IMG/VR virus record: IMGVR_UViG_3300025640_000009
Location: 2,453-66,452 of that record
Direction: 5' to 3' (one strand)
DNA length: 64,000 nt
Origin: a virus
How positions within the stretch are numbered: position 1 is the stretch's first letter; each line of letters opens with the position of its first letter. Below the pieces are notes generated by a model. It was not told the origin of the DNA. It saw only the letters and a list, made by a program, of their open reading frames with translations, and searched no databases. A program made the translations under genes and the position numbers. This document shows positions 10,417-21,564 of the stretch, piece after piece.

Positions 10417-12132
10417 TTAAAATTCAATGATTAATTTGATGTCTTCTATTTGTGTACTACTTCTTTGAATAGGGTCTCTATTTTCAAGGAATAATATTTC
10501 GCCTGATGTTTTATCGAATGTTGTAGTTCCATTAGATGCAGTTAACGTAATACCGGTTTGAGCACCAGTAGGTGCACCCGAATGAGCATATGTTACATCG
10601 CCAGTTGCATCAAAAGCTTGATATCCTGTAAGACTATCTTGTACATAGTATATTCTTCGTACGCCAACAGTCGTATCAACATTAACAACATATGCTTGAG
10701 GTAATACACCATTAATTGCTGTAGCGCCTTTTATTAATACATCATTACCGTTTGCGACAAATGTTGCCATCGTAGCCACCGCACTGTCAGAACTGCTATT
10801 ATAAGTAACAAACTTAGTTGTTCTAAATGTTCCTCTATTACTTGAAGTTGCAGCTGCCACGGCTTCAGTTTGTACCGCGCCAAGAACTGTAGGATTTTTT
10901 AATACAGTAATTTGTCTAAAGTCTTGGTTGTTTGCAATATCAACATCATCAATACCACTGATTTGACTATTCAATCCAATGTAGAAACCACCGAGTTCAG
11001 CAACAGGATCTGCACCATGGCCCGAAGGTGGCCCAATAATTGCTCGAGCAGCTAATCCGCTACCTGATAATGAATCATTAATAATTGAAACATCAGCAAC
11101 GCTATAGCCAGTACCTGGAGTAGTAGGAACAATACGAGTAACTGTATTAGCACTCTTAGTAACACCAGCTTCTACAACAGCAGCATTTAGTCCATCACCA
11201 ACGATATGGATTTGTGCTGCAATTTGTGCAGCTGTGTTACTAATACCCGTACCTACATTCGTAACTTCGATACGATCAATACCACCTTTGATAGCAATAC
11301 TATCTTTTTGTGCTTGTTGTTGATCATATAGCGGATTGGTATCTTCAAAATCGCCGAATGTAAATGTTGTGCCGGCATCAGTAGTATAATCAGCAGTGTT
11401 AGAAGACATAGTTACAAACCTACCAGATACAGCTTTTACCACGGTGGTAGGTGCAAATGTACCCACGTTTAATGTCGAAGTCGATACTGTTTGACCAACC
11501 ATAATGTTTGGATTTTCATGAAGCATTTCAACTACACGATCTGCGTCAGCAGCATATGCCGTTGTAACAGTACCTGCTAAAGATGAAGTACTGACTGTTA
11601 GAGTTTTAACAGGCATATAAGATCGTGTTAAAAACTTTTCTGAATCCGCAGCAATGATGGTGTACATATACTTCCAAGTGTAACCATCAGCTGTAGTAAA
11701 CGGCGCAGCTTGTACCTTTGTAGGAACATCAGATGTGACACTTACAAGTGTTTCACGATCTATACACTTATAAACTTTAAAATCATTTGTCAACACATAA
11801 AATGGCTTCTCATAGATATTGGTATCATTCGAATCCCATGGATCATAGATTTCACCAGCAGCCCAATCATGTCTTGGTGCAACATGAGATACATCATTAT
11901 CTCTCAATAGTTTAATACCAACCATATTAGCTCGAGCTTGGTTTAAATCGTCTATTGTATCTGCTGGAGTAGCAGCTGCTGAATCTGTGAAGTCTGATAA
12001 TGACGGAGCAGCATCCTGCCATGCTGTAGCTTTACCTACACCAATGTAGACATTACTTAATTCCGATCTTACATCTTCGATGAAACCTTTAGCGTTTAAA
12101 GCTCTAAAGTTATTTGATATGATTGCGGCCAT
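10417..12132 (-). CDS. gp8: Baseplate wedge subunit gp8
   Basis: MAAIISNNFR start, FYVLTNDFKVYKCI, DGYTWKYMYTI, GHGADPVAELGG and the C-terminus ENRDPIQRSSTQIEDIKLIIEF. Confidence 0.9.
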   Translation of the reverse strand: MAAIISNNFRALNAKGFIEDVRSELSNVYIGVGKATAWQDAAPSLSDFTDSAAATPADTIDDLNQARANMVGIKLLRDNDVSHVAPRHDWAAGEIYDPWDSNDTNIYEKPFYVLTNDFKVYKCIDRETLVSVTSDVPTKVQAAPFTTADGYTWKYMYTIIAADSEKFLTRSYMPVKTLTVSTSSLAGTVTTAYAADADRVVEMLHENPNIMVGQTVSTSTLNVGTFAPTTVVKAVSGRFVTMSSNTADYTTDAGTTFTFGDFEDTNPLYDQQQAQKDSIAIKGGIDRIEVTNVGTGISNTAAQIAAQIHIVGDGLNAAVVEAGVTKSANTVTRIVPTTPGTGYSVADVSIINDSLSGSGLAARAIIGPPSGHGADPVAELGGFYIGLNSQISGIDDVDIANNQDFRQITVLKNPTVLGAVQTEAVAAATSSNRGTFRTTKFVTYNSSSDSAVATMATFVANGNDVLIKGATAINGVLPQAYVVNVDTTVGVRRIYYVQDSLTGYQAFDATGDVTYAHSGAPTGAQTGITLTASNGTTTFDKTSGEILFLENRDPIQRSSTQIEDIKLIIEF

Positions 12133-12141
12133 AATTTTATC

Positions 12142-15100
12142 CTATGAATTTCTATCTTTTACTGTTTGAATTGTTGTGTTAACGTTATTTTTATTTATAC
12201 TACTTGTACCGACATTTTCTATAGTAAGTGAAGCAAATTGGCTAATATAATATTCACCATTAAATTTCTTTGTACCTAATACTGCTTTAACATCGTAATC
12301 TTTTCGACCAAAGTAATCATTAGATCTATCTATAGATGTTTTAGTAACTAAGCCAGTGATAGCGTCTTTTTCTATAACATCATTACCGTTTGATACTATT
12401 CGAATTGGTATGACATCAGGTACTCGTTTCTCGTGTATGGCATTACTACGTATATTTACGATTGGATTATTTATATATCCTAAACCAACATTTGTTAGTT
12501 TAAATCCTGTAATGGTACCGCCACTGTTATAGGGTGCAACATAAGCTGTAGTAGCACCGGACAATCCAGTACCAAACTCCTTAGCATAGAAATCATCACC
12601 AACAGACCAGTTACCCAATGCAGCAACATCAAAGGTAAGATCATTTGTAGTATTAAAACCAGCTGTGAACTTAGAACCTAATATAGTAAACGAACTATTG
12701 ATAGCATAGCCTGTACCACCTTTAATTACTTTAACCTTAACATTGCTTATACTATTAATAGTGATTTCAAATTCTGCACCAGAACCATCTGCCCCAGTTG
12801 CAAATCCATCACCATCTTTTACAATATACGTTCCAGCGTGTGCACCAGTTGATGCATGAGTCATGGCAATTGTATCAACCGATTCTATTGGATTTAATGT
12901 TTTCTGTTTAAACGCCAAGATATTAAAATCAGCATCAGTAGCATTACCTTTATCTGATATAACATACCTAGCACCTACAACTAACATGGATGTATCATTT
13001 ACTGATATTTGATTAGATAATGTAAAATTAGCTTGTGCCGTAATATTGCTTGTAAGAGGCTTACCTAAACTATCAATAGCATCAGGCTCTGCGATAATTA
13101 TCTCTGGTGGCAATAAGAATCTCTTATTTGCAAAAGGTGTAAAGTCTAAACCTATAGGAGCTAACACTAACTTTGCTGTTGTTGTTAGAGAACTTCCAGT
13201 AGTTGCTGCTTGGAATATATCACCTACTTTCCAGAATGTTCTGTCATAAGCAGATGTAGATATTGTATTAAAGTTATCATTAGTAGCATCACCAAGATCT
13301 GTAATCTTATAGAATATATTTGCTGTTAATGGATTACTTGCTAATGTGATAGGAGTTAGATCAGTAACTTTACCGATTGCAGTTTCAACACCACTATTTG
13401 CAACAGCGCTTAAAGGTTGGACAGTAAGAGCAGAGTTTGCACTATAGCCTGTACCACTAAATACTTCATTTACAGTTAATAATAAATTATTAGCACCGCT
13501 ACCTAATGCATTACCATCTACTGTAATTACATCACCTACTTTATAACCTGTACCTGCCGTTGTACCAGTTACACTTGTGATTGTTTTATCAGCCGCAATG
13601 ACAATACTAACGACTCCATTACTACCACTTCCACCTGTTGTTGTACTGATACCAGTTTTAGTTGTATCTGCGTCACGGTTACTATCTGTTGTTCCGTCGA
13701 ATGAAAATGCCGCCGGCTTGTCTGCTGGTTGGACACCAACTGGATGACCGCCTTTTACGACTACATTAATAACCTCACCAAATTCGTCGATCTCAGTTTC
13801 TATAACTGCATTACTTCCTCCACTCGAACTTACTGTAGGTGCTATGTTATATCCGGCACCAGATTGCACTATCGATACACCAGATGATCTTATTCCACCA
13901 CCTGGCGATAGATATGTAATACTTAGTCTAGCACTTCTATTCGGTCTAGCTATACCAATAGGACCGAATACCGATGCGAACATTTTGATAAGTATTCCGA
14001 TATCATCACGAGTAAGACCAGGCTGAATTCCAGGCATCGATGACATTGTTTTTCTTAGAGCAAACAATGCTGGATAGACATTAACTGGTCGTTCAATTGT
14101 TATTTCATTACCAAATACATCTACTGATTTTTCAAGAACAGTTGTATTAGGACCATCAGTTTCAGTAGCACCATCACCTAAGCTATCTCTTACTGCTTTA
14201 ATAACAATTAAGATCTCACCAAAGTATTTAAATCCAGCTGGATGCACTAATTTATTATATAGATTTTCCCACTGTGATATATTACGACCAGCTTTAATTA
14301 TATAAGAAAACTTTTGATAAAATTCTGAATCTTGAAGCTTTTGTTTATCAGATACAAACCCTTCGTTATTTAAGTATTTACCAGCCTGTGATGATCTAAT
14401 AAAATTAACTACATGACCATTAGTCGAAGATGGAGTACCAACAAGTAAATAGTATTTGCTATTACGTGATATATCAATAACCGAACCGAATTTATTACCA
14501 GCAACTGGAGTTTCTTTGTATACTCCTTTTTCAACCCATTGATCGCCATTTTCGAAATGATATACTAATCCAGAATTAGCGATAGTGGTAACGCCTTCAC
14601 CATTGGAATTTGGTGCACCTATTAAAACATTATGATTATAGATCTTTGCAGTTGTACCAAATAAATCATCAGTTTGACCAGTTGTAGGTTTAAATGATGT
14701 TATGTTGACCCATTGAACCACATTATTAATTGTTTCTCTGTCATAAATATATACAGTTCGTGATCCTGTTGCAGTAACAACTATAGTTGGCAGAGTTGTA
14801 CCACTTATATCGATATCAATAGCAGCACCAAATAAATCATCGTTTGATAATTCTGAAGGACTTAAAACAAATTCTGGTACACTATTATATAAACCAGTTG
14901 AATCATTTTTATGGAAGACACTAACAGAACCTTTATTATTATCATATGCTGTCCATGAAGCAACCAGATAATCACCTCTTAATACTACCTTAGTACCCCA
15001 TCCATTAACACCAGTTTGACTTAATTGCTGTGGTGTAATAATTGTTTGAGATAATGTCCAGTCTGTACCTAAACCTTTATAAACTAATATTGCACCGTTC

Positions 15101-16767
15101 GATTTGTCAGCGCCATTATCATAACCAGGAACTGTTATTGCAACGGTATTTCCGTCTAAAGATATATCAGTACCAAAGTTTAAGCTAGCCGCGGCACCTA
15201 AAAGAGTTGCTCTATGTTGCCAAGTAAATGTTGAAGGTGCAGCAGTAAGAACTCTTTCCCAGATTTCTACACTACCACTATTAGCAGCAGTACCACCAGT
15301 ATATGCGGTATCATCAGGAGCAGATATTGCTACTATGTCACCAGATAAAGAAACAACTGATCCGAAGTCATCGCTATCAGCTGCAGTTGCACTTACGATT
15401 TTAGCTTGCTGTGTCCAACTTACCCCGTCAGTCGTTGTCGTATGGATATATACTGCACCTCTAGCATCAGTTTCACCCGGTGCACCAACGGCTAGTGTAT
15501 TACGTACAGCGTCAAGTGATACAGAAGTACCGTATAAGTCAGCCGATTCTGGGTCACCCGCAACAACATTATTAACTTGTTTAGTATAGTTAGCAGCAAC
15601 TAATGATTGATTATCCCAGTTACCCATTGAAGTTTTGAGTGTTGAATCCCATGGAAATTCAACTGCTATTTCTTCATCTTGGAAGAATAATTTAAAAAAT
15701 GTATCAATCGAATCTTTAGATCCACGGATCTTATAAAAATCTATTAGTCTTTGATATAGAGCTCTTCTATTAACTTTAACATTTTGATCTACAGCAGGAG
15801 CAATTTCTTTCTGCATCATATTTAGAAACTCTTCTTCAGTCTCATTGATGTTTAAAGAGTCTTCTATTGTATTTAATCTAAACGAAGGATTAGCACCTAC
15901 ATAATTCTGAATAGAAGTAATCATCTTGATCTTTCTATTATTCAGTCGAGAAGGCAAATTAGTAATAGATACAGTTTTACCAGAATCAAATTCTAATCCA
16001 TAGTCATCTGGTATATTATCTGCGTTATATATGTTGATATCATAGAAATTAATATCGAAATCAACATTATTATCACCTACCGTTAATACATTACCATGAT
16101 CATCATAAAACTGTGAAGCTCGTGCACCTTCTAAACTAAAAAATTTATTATTCTTTTGATCTGGATCTGGTATACGTATGGTAGAAATATTATTAATTAC
16201 TACATCTTCAAATGTTTCAATCGATCTAAATAAGAATTCTTCAGTGTTCATAAATTGATAATATGAATCAAGGAAAGATTTTATACCACCTGAAGAGTTA
16301 TTATTATAATTCGAATCCGTGGCATAATTTAAAAGCTCACCTGGAACTAAATGCTCTAGTCTAACATCTTCTTTAGATCTAGATAATGTGCTACCTGCTA
16401 ATTCGTATTCATTTATTCCAGAGTTTGTATTACTTACAGTTAAACGAACTCCAGGGCCAATTGTCTGTGGAATGTCTACTAATATTGAAGTAACACTGTC
16501 AGCGTCAGCAGTAGTACTTGAATCAATAACTTTTGGTATACCAACTACACCTGGACCTGAAAGTACTTGTCCAACCGTAGGAGAAATTTCGTTGTGTTCT
16601 CCAGCATTAATAGTCAAGTTTGTAGTAAATAATATAGTAGTACTATTTACGACACCAGCAGTTGCAACAATACCAGTTAGTGTTGTGCTAAAATCGATTT
16701 TATTGCTCGTGCCTTCTATGTAACCACGAGAAAATGAATTTAAATTCTTTAAACTTTTAACTGCCAT
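12142..16767 (-). CDS. gp7: Baseplate wedge initiator gp7-like, with an inserted FG-GAP beta-propeller
   Basis: FLDSYYQFM, IDFYKIRGSKDSIDTFFKLFF, LQDSEFYQKFSYIIK and LVHPAGFKYFGE. Lies between gp6 and gp8. Confidence 0.8.
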   Translation of the reverse strand: MAVKSLKNLNSFSRGYIEGTSNKIDFSTTLTGIVATAGVVNSTTILFTTNLTINAGEHNEISPTVGQVLSGPGVVGIPKVIDSSTTADADSVTSILVDIPQTIGPGVRLTVSNTNSGINEYELAGSTLSRSKEDVRLEHLVPGELLNYATDSNYNNNSSGGIKSFLDSYYQFMNTEEFLFRSIETFEDVVINNISTIRIPDPDQKNNKFFSLEGARASQFYDDHGNVLTVGDNNVDFDINFYDINIYNADNIPDDYGLEFDSGKTVSITNLPSRLNNRKIKMITSIQNYVGANPSFRLNTIEDSLNINETEEEFLNMMQKEIAPAVDQNVKVNRRALYQRLIDFYKIRGSKDSIDTFFKLFFQDEEIAVEFPWDSTLKTSMGNWDNQSLVAANYTKQVNNVVAGDPESADLYGTSVSLDAVRNTLAVGAPGETDARGAVYIHTTTTDGVSWTQQAKIVSATAADSDDFGSVVSLSGDIVAISAPDDTAYTGGTAANSGSVEIWERVLTAAPSTFTWQHRATLLGAAASLNFGTDISLDGNTVAITVPGYDNGADKSNGAILVYKGLGTDWTLSQTIITPQQLSQTGVNGWGTKVVLRGDYLVASWTAYDNNKGSVSVFHKNDSTGLYNSVPEFVLSPSELSNDDLFGAAIDIDISGTTLPTIVVTATGSRTVYIYDRETINNVVQWVNITSFKPTTGQTDDLFGTTAKIYNHNVLIGAPNSNGEGVTTIANSGLVYHFENGDQWVEKGVYKETPVAGNKFGSVIDISRNSKYYLLVGTPSSTNGHVVNFIRSSQAGKYLNNEGFVSDKQKLQDSEFYQKFSYIIKAGRNISQWENLYNKLVHPAGFKYFGEILIVIKAVRDSLGDGATETDGPNTTVLEKSVDVFGNEITIERPVNVYPALFALRKTMSSMPGIQPGLTRDDIGILIKMFASVFGPIGIARPNRSARLSITYLSPGGGIRSSGVSIVQSGAGYNIAPTVSSSGGSNAVIETEIDEFGEVINVVVKGGHPVGVQPADKPAAFSFDGTTDSNRDADTTKTGISTTTGGSGSNGVVSIVIAADKTITSVTGTTAGTGYKVGDVITVDGNALGSGANNLLLTVNEVFSGTGYSANSALTVQPLSAVANSGVETAIGKVTDLTPITLASNPLTANIFYKITDLGDATNDNFNTISTSAYDRTFWKVGDIFQAATTGSSLTTTAKLVLAPIGLDFTPFANKRFLLPPEIIIAEPDAIDSLGKPLTSNITAQANFTLSNQISVNDTSMLVVGARYVISDKGNATDADFNILAFKQKTLNPIESVDTIAMTHASTGAHAGTYIVKDGDGFATGADGSGAEFEITINSISNVKVKVIKGGTGYAINSSFTILGSKFTAGFNTTNDLTFDVAALGNWSVGDDFYAKEFGTGLSGATTAYVAPYNSGGTITGFKLTNVGLGYINNPIVNIRSNAIHEKRVPDVIPIRIVSNGNDVIEKDAITGLVTKTSIDRSNDYFGRKDYDVKAVLGTKKFNGEYYISQFASLTIENVGTSSINKNNVNTTIQTVKDRNS

Positions 16768-16769
16768 AG

Positions 16770-18635
16770 TTATCTCATTCTGCTTGTAGTTGTATAGTCA
16801 ATTGCGCCAGACGGGCCTGAGTAAGCGATCTTGTCAATTGAACCTGATGATAGAATTTGTGAAGCTTCTATATTAATAATCTGATTTCGTTTAGGCGCCA
16901 AATCCAATGAATTAGGAACAATAGTAACTCGAATAGCAGTAGTATCGTCTGTTGCAAAATTATTTAATGTAATTACACCCGTAGTCACATTGATTAATCC
17001 AGCGTCAGGGATTACAATTTGATTAACTCCATCTGCTACCTTAAAGATCATAACAGTTCTGTTAACGGAATCAAATATTTCAGTATCACCAAAGAAGTGA
17101 TCTACACCACCAATTTTAAATGGTGTACTTGATATGCTATACTCAACACCTTTTTTAATAAAGAATGAATTCACATAAGTTAATGTAAAAGAATTCTCGG
17201 TCTTAACAGTCGATGGAGTAATATTCTTAAACATAAACGGTCTGATTGTCGAACTCGTAATAGCAGGATCAGAATTATCAACTAACGTTAAAAGCTCCGA
17301 GTGTCTAAACACACCATCAAATTTATTTAACTGATTAAAGTTATAATCTAATATAGTATCTTTTACTAATGATTCTAAAGCAGACTGTGACCTACTCGTA
17401 AGAGCTGGATTATATTTAAAGATTACATCTACTTCAATATTAGTAAACTCAGGATCTAAAATTTCCGGCTTAATCGAAACAATATTTTTATTTGTAAGAA
17501 TACCAACGATTTCATTCTTTTCAGCTGTAGTAAGTGCATCACCGATAAGAGGTTTAATGCTCACATAAGCTTTACCATAATCTGGTATAAGTTGATCTTC
17601 ACCACCCCAAGTAGATATTGATTCTATGTTTGCAAAGTTTCTTTGAATGATTGCAGCATAGTCCTGAGATGTTACAGCTCTATCCTGTGCTTGGAAAGTA
17701 ATAGGTGCATTATATCTAATTGACTCTGTTGTTTCTGGTTGTGTACCACCATTAGCCGAAGTAATCGTAGTAGTAACAGTTGTAATATCACCAGAAGGAA
17801 GAGTAGGAAAGTCTGTCGACAAAGTAAATGTATTTGCACCATTGGCAGCTTCACCATCAGTTACTAAGTAGTCTATTGTAACAATATTATCATTCACTGG
17901 CTTCTTACCAATAATACCATCACCAAAGAATATTTGATAGTAGCCACTTGAATTTTCTTGTAAGTGATATACTTGACTTGATGAATCTATTTCTTGTAAT
18001 GTAGTAAACTGTGAATATGAATCATATAAATTAGCTTCTTGGTTTTGTTGTATACGTACTCGTAATGATGTAGTATCAGCATTCGAATCTGAAACTTGAA
18101 ACTTTTGGTTTTCTATATCATTATCAACTCTATAAGATAAAAATCTAAATACACCTTGTGCAATAGGGATGTCAGTAAAGGTAAAACTTTTAACATTTCC
18201 GTTTGTAACTAAAATTGCAGTTTGAGATTGTAATGCCGAAAAGGTATACGAGACATTATCCACAAGAGTATTAAATTTAGTTCCACGCTCTATAACTAAA
18301 GACGTAGGTATAACACCTAGGAATCCAGACACGTCTACTACGAGCTGTATCGTTGCTCTAGGTGCTAGTACCGATCGTGGAACATAACCTAATAGACTTG
18401 CTCTTGATACAACATTACCTCGTATTTGAGCTGAATCTAAGAATGATTCGTTTAAAGCAAAATGAGCAATCATCGCGTTATAATGCGTATTATATGCAAG
18501 CACATCCATTAATACATTTAAGCCTGAACCTTCAAAATCATAATCGTTAAATTGTGATTGTGATTTCATAAAGCTTTTTATGTTTTCTTTTATTTGATCG
18601 AAATCAAGCTCTGTGACATTTAAATTTGACGCCAT
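16770..18635 (-). CDS. gp6: Baseplate wedge subunit gp6
   Basis: ELDFDQIKENIK, DYDFEGSGL..LMDVLAYNTHY, NESFLDSA and QDRAVTSQDY. Confidence 0.95.
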   Translation of the reverse strand: MASNLNVTELDFDQIKENIKSFMKSQSQFNDYDFEGSGLNVLMDVLAYNTHYNAMIAHFALNESFLDSAQIRGNVVSRASLLGYVPRSVLAPRATIQLVVDVSGFLGVIPTSLVIERGTKFNTLVDNVSYTFSALQSQTAILVTNGNVKSFTFTDIPIAQGVFRFLSYRVDNDIENQKFQVSDSNADTTSLRVRIQQNQEANLYDSYSQFTTLQEIDSSSQVYHLQENSSGYYQIFFGDGIIGKKPVNDNIVTIDYLVTDGEAANGANTFTLSTDFPTLPSGDITTVTTTITSANGGTQPETTESIRYNAPITFQAQDRAVTSQDYAAIIQRNFANIESISTWGGEDQLIPDYGKAYVSIKPLIGDALTTAEKNEIVGILTNKNIVSIKPEILDPEFTNIEVDVIFKYNPALTSRSQSALESLVKDTILDYNFNQLNKFDGVFRHSELLTLVDNSDPAITSSTIRPFMFKNITPSTVKTENSFTLTYVNSFFIKKGVEYSISSTPFKIGGVDHFFGDTEIFDSVNRTVMIFKVADGVNQIVIPDAGLINVTTGVITLNNFATDDTTAIRVTIVPNSLDLAPKRNQIINIEASQILSSGSIDKIAYSGPSGAIDYTTTSRMR

Positions 18636-18641
18636 GGTATT

Positions 18642-19100
18642 TTACCTTAATCGTATTAAATTGATTTCTACTTCTTCTACAGAATCAGTTGCCTTTATAC
18701 TAAATATTACATTCACTCTATACTCAGTTTCATTTTGAGCAGTTTGAACTAGCACATTAACATTGTCTATTCTTGGCTCATGATTATTTAAAACGTTTTT
18801 GATACCATTCTCTAATGCTAGCTTTGTGATAGCATCAGCTGGTTCAAATAATAAACCTCTTAGATTAGCACCTAATGTAGAGTTAAATGGCCGTTCGAAA
18901 AAGTTAGTAAGCAATAAGTTTTTTACTGCATTCTTAACAGCCAATTCGCCCTTTAGTGGAACTATATCTCTTTTTTGAGGATGCGGTATCATCTGTAAAT
19001 TTAAATCAGAGTATCTATTAACTTCAGTACCATTGACAGCAGATCCATCACTGTATAATATTGAAGTACCTGTTCCTGATGTATTTGAATAATTAGCCAT
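18642..19100 (-). CDS. gp25: Baseplate wedge subunit gp25
   Basis: YSDLNL, AVKNAVKNLLLTNFFERPF and HEPRI. Confidence 0.92.
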   Translation of the reverse strand: MANYSNTSGTGTSILYSDGSAVNGTEVNRYSDLNLQMIPHPQKRDIVPLKGELAVKNAVKNLLLTNFFERPFNSTLGANLRGLLFEPADAITKLALENGIKNVLNNHEPRIDNVNVLVQTAQNETEYRVNVIFSIKATDSVEEVEINLIRLR

Positions 19101-19106
19101 AATAGT

Positions 19107-19114
19107 TATTTATA
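19107..19114 (-). promoter_or_regulatory. T4-type late promoter TATAAATA for the gp25 operon
   Basis: Exact consensus 6 nt upstream of the gp25 ATG. Confidence 0.8.
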
Positions 19115-19153
19115 TAAATTTCCTATGCAGTTATTGTATTTTTCATATATTAA

Positions 19154-19417
19154 CTATGATGGTTTAGTTGGCCATACAATGTCTTCGTATGAAGTTGCAG
19201 ATTCGTTTGTTATCGGCATATCACGTAGTGCTTGTCTATATGTAGCCCATTCAGCTTTCTTTGTATCTGTAAGAGGAGCATCAGCTAACTGAGTACGATC
19301 ACTATCATTTAATAGCTCCTTTCTTAGTCTGCGTAGCTTACCCCATTTGTCTTCGGCGGCCGCCGCTAAAGCTGCACCCACATCACCACTTGCTATTAAT
19401 TCTTCTATATTAAGCAT
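19154..19417 (-). CDS. Tail fibre assembly chaperone
   Basis: W..LR..R..LL..SD.TQL.DAPL...K.EW..YRQALRD.P...I.WP.KP signature. Confidence 0.85.
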   Translation of the reverse strand: MLNIEELIASGDVGAALAAAAEDKWGKLRRLRKELLNDSDRTQLADAPLTDTKKAEWATYRQALRDMPITNESATSYEDIVWPTKPS

Positions 19418-20447
19418 CTGTTAACCCCGTTGCGTTGAATATCATATATGTCCCTGCGTATACTGCTTGTAACATAAGCGAACCACCAAAAGCTATTGTA
19501 GGGTTATTTGTAAATTGAACTAAGTTAGAACCATTTACCCAATATACATCCTGAGCTGTACCACTACCATCTCTGTCTAATGTTATAGTAGTTCCTGTGT
19601 TGCCAGCGTGACTAATTTGCCACACATCACCAACACCTGCTGTTGTTGTACTTAAAGTACTATTATTTTGGACTATTGGTAAATCAAATTCAACAGATGC
19701 TGCTGAAAAAGCTTTAATCATATGCTGCCCACGATATTGAAGCATTTGTATAGTAGTTTTATTCGCAGTAGTAAAGGCAAAAGATGAGTTCGGTCCCATG
19801 CCACCGATACTTAAAACTTTAGCAGCGTCAGTAGTTGGCAAATAAAAATCAGCGTTAGGTCTGTTTCCCGAATTCATCACAGTCGCGTGGATACTTTGGT
19901 GAGCTGAATCACCAAGTTGAATTTCAGCAGCATCTGTTGCAAACTTACCAGTAGTTTGCAATGAATCGGCACTTGCGTTTATTACTGCAGTATGACCAAC
20001 ATTAAAGCTATCATTTAGATAACTATCAAAAGCTGCTCCGCTAGTACCATCTGCAACTGAAAATACAAGACGATTAGCACTATGCTCTCCATCATCAGCA
20101 GTGCTGCCTATATTCGCGTGAACTGATGCGTAACTAACTTTTACGTCGTCTTCATTACGACCAGAAAATGCAATAGCTCCTAGCGCGTTAGTATTGTTGA
20201 TCTCGTCTGCCCTGTCAACATCTCTGTATATATCGACAATCGGCCCGAACCTTGATGTTGGATTATTAGCATTAGCTAATGCACCCCCGATGATACCTAT
20301 CACATCACCATGGACTTGCTCATTGGCTCCAGATCCGTTTGTTAAAACTCTGTGTATTCCAGTGTCTTCATATAGATCACGAAGATTTTCATCCATTTCG
20401 TTATATGTGAGTGCACTACCTTTTGTAGCTCTTTTAGTAATAGTCAT
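19410..20447 (-). CDS. Short tail fibre / baseplate-attached fibre
   Basis: N-terminal KRATKGSALTYNEMDENL attachment motif; followed by a fibre chaperone. Confidence 0.65.
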   Translation of the reverse strand: MTITKRATKGSALTYNEMDENLRDLYEDTGIHRVLTNGSGANEQVHGDVIGIIGGALANANNPTSRFGPIVDIYRDVDRADEINNTNALGAIAFSGRNEDDVKVSYASVHANIGSTADDGEHSANRLVFSVADGTSGAAFDSYLNDSFNVGHTAVINASADSLQTTGKFATDAAEIQLGDSAHQSIHATVMNSGNRPNADFYLPTTDAAKVLSIGGMGPNSSFAFTTANKTTIQMLQYRGQHMIKAFSAASVEFDLPIVQNNSTLSTTTAGVGDVWQISHAGNTGTTITLDRDGSGTAQDVYWVNGSNLVQFTNNPTIAFGGSLMLQAVYAGTYMIFNATGLTDA

Positions 20448-20668
20448 TGTATTATTCCATCTTCTCCATAGTATATACCAACGTATGATGTTGTAGTTCC
20501 CGGATTATCGGTCATATAATCCGATGTGACATAATTAAATAATTCTTTTTCAGTCGTAGTAAGATCTTCAGTAAAAACATAACACTGATCTATTAAAGCT
20601 TGCTTAGCAGTTGGATCTGTCTCTGCTGCAATTTGTGCAAGTAATGATGCATAGTTTGGATTAGCCAT
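20444..20668 (-). CDS. Hypothetical virion-associated protein
   Basis: Tightly coupled ORF within the baseplate operon. Confidence 0.6.
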   Translation of the reverse strand: MANPNYASLLAQIAAETDPTAKQALIDQCYVFTEDLTTTEKELFNYVTSDYMTDNPGTTTSYVGIYYGEDGIIQ

Positions 20669-21555
20669 TAAGTGATTCCATTCTTTTTCTTATATCTAGC
20701 GACATATTCTGTACAAGCTTGTGCGAATGGTCCAGCATTTGCATACGAGGAATATTCAGCTTTATATTTATTATAGTTTTCTTCTATTAATTTACCTTGT
20801 GCTTGGAAATCATAAGCGTCAGTTTCTGCATTTGTAGGACGTTTTTGTTTTAAAGCCGCTTGTCGTGATCTTAAGTCTGCAACAGTATAGTTAAACTTTT
20901 TTAGTTCATCAGTATCTGCTCCACCAGATTCAAATGTATATATCCATACTTCAGGCCCTGAAAGCTCATAATATTCTTGCTTTCTTTTCTTTTGTCCAAA
21001 GGCAAACAATCTATCGGTAAGAAATTTTATTCTATTAAAAGTCATTCTAGAAGCAAATTTAATCAGATCTTTATTAATCTCTTCAACGTCAGGAACATAT
21101 ACAGCTTTAGGAACAGGCGGGGGTGGTACAACATCAGCAACCTTAGGTGGTTCAGGTTCTACAATAGCATTACCAGCTTCATCTAATACAACATTTGCTG
21201 CGTTTGCACATATAGTATTTATATCAGCTTGAGTAGGAGGGAAAGTGCTCATTCCTAATTTTTCTAATGTTGCATCAAAGTCTGCTTCGGCACTTGTATA
21301 CTTGCTTTTTAGTAGAGCTTTCTTTGCTTCGAACGCAATTACATTTTCATTTTGTGCAGCAAGATCCTGTAACTCTTGTTGAAAACTTTCCTTTGTAGGT
21401 ATAGTAGGCTTAAACGATTCGGCTTCAGCTTTCATTGCAGTCATGTCAGTCTTGAGAGAAGCAAGTTGATCTTTGCCACCTTGTAACTTAGAGTCAAGAC
21501 CGCCTTGTAATTCTTTTAGTTTATCTAAATTTACATTATCACCACATGTACTCAT
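20668..21555 (-). CDS. Hypothetical protein downstream of PAAR
   Basis: 295-aa ORF with an RBS; coiled-coil N-terminal half and a Pro-rich linker. Confidence 0.65.
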   Translation of the reverse strand: MSTCGDNVNLDKLKELQGGLDSKLQGGKDQLASLKTDMTAMKAEAESFKPTIPTKESFQQELQDLAAQNENVIAFEAKKALLKSKYTSAEADFDATLEKLGMSTFPPTQADINTICANAANVVLDEAGNAIVEPEPPKVADVVPPPPVPKAVYVPDVEEINKDLIKFASRMTFNRIKFLTDRLFAFGQKKRKQEYYELSGPEVWIYTFESGGADTDELKKFNYTVADLRSRQAALKQKRPTNAETDAYDFQAQGKLIEENYNKYKAEYSSYANAGPFAQACTEYVARYKKKNGIT

Positions 21556-21564
21556 AACCTACTC

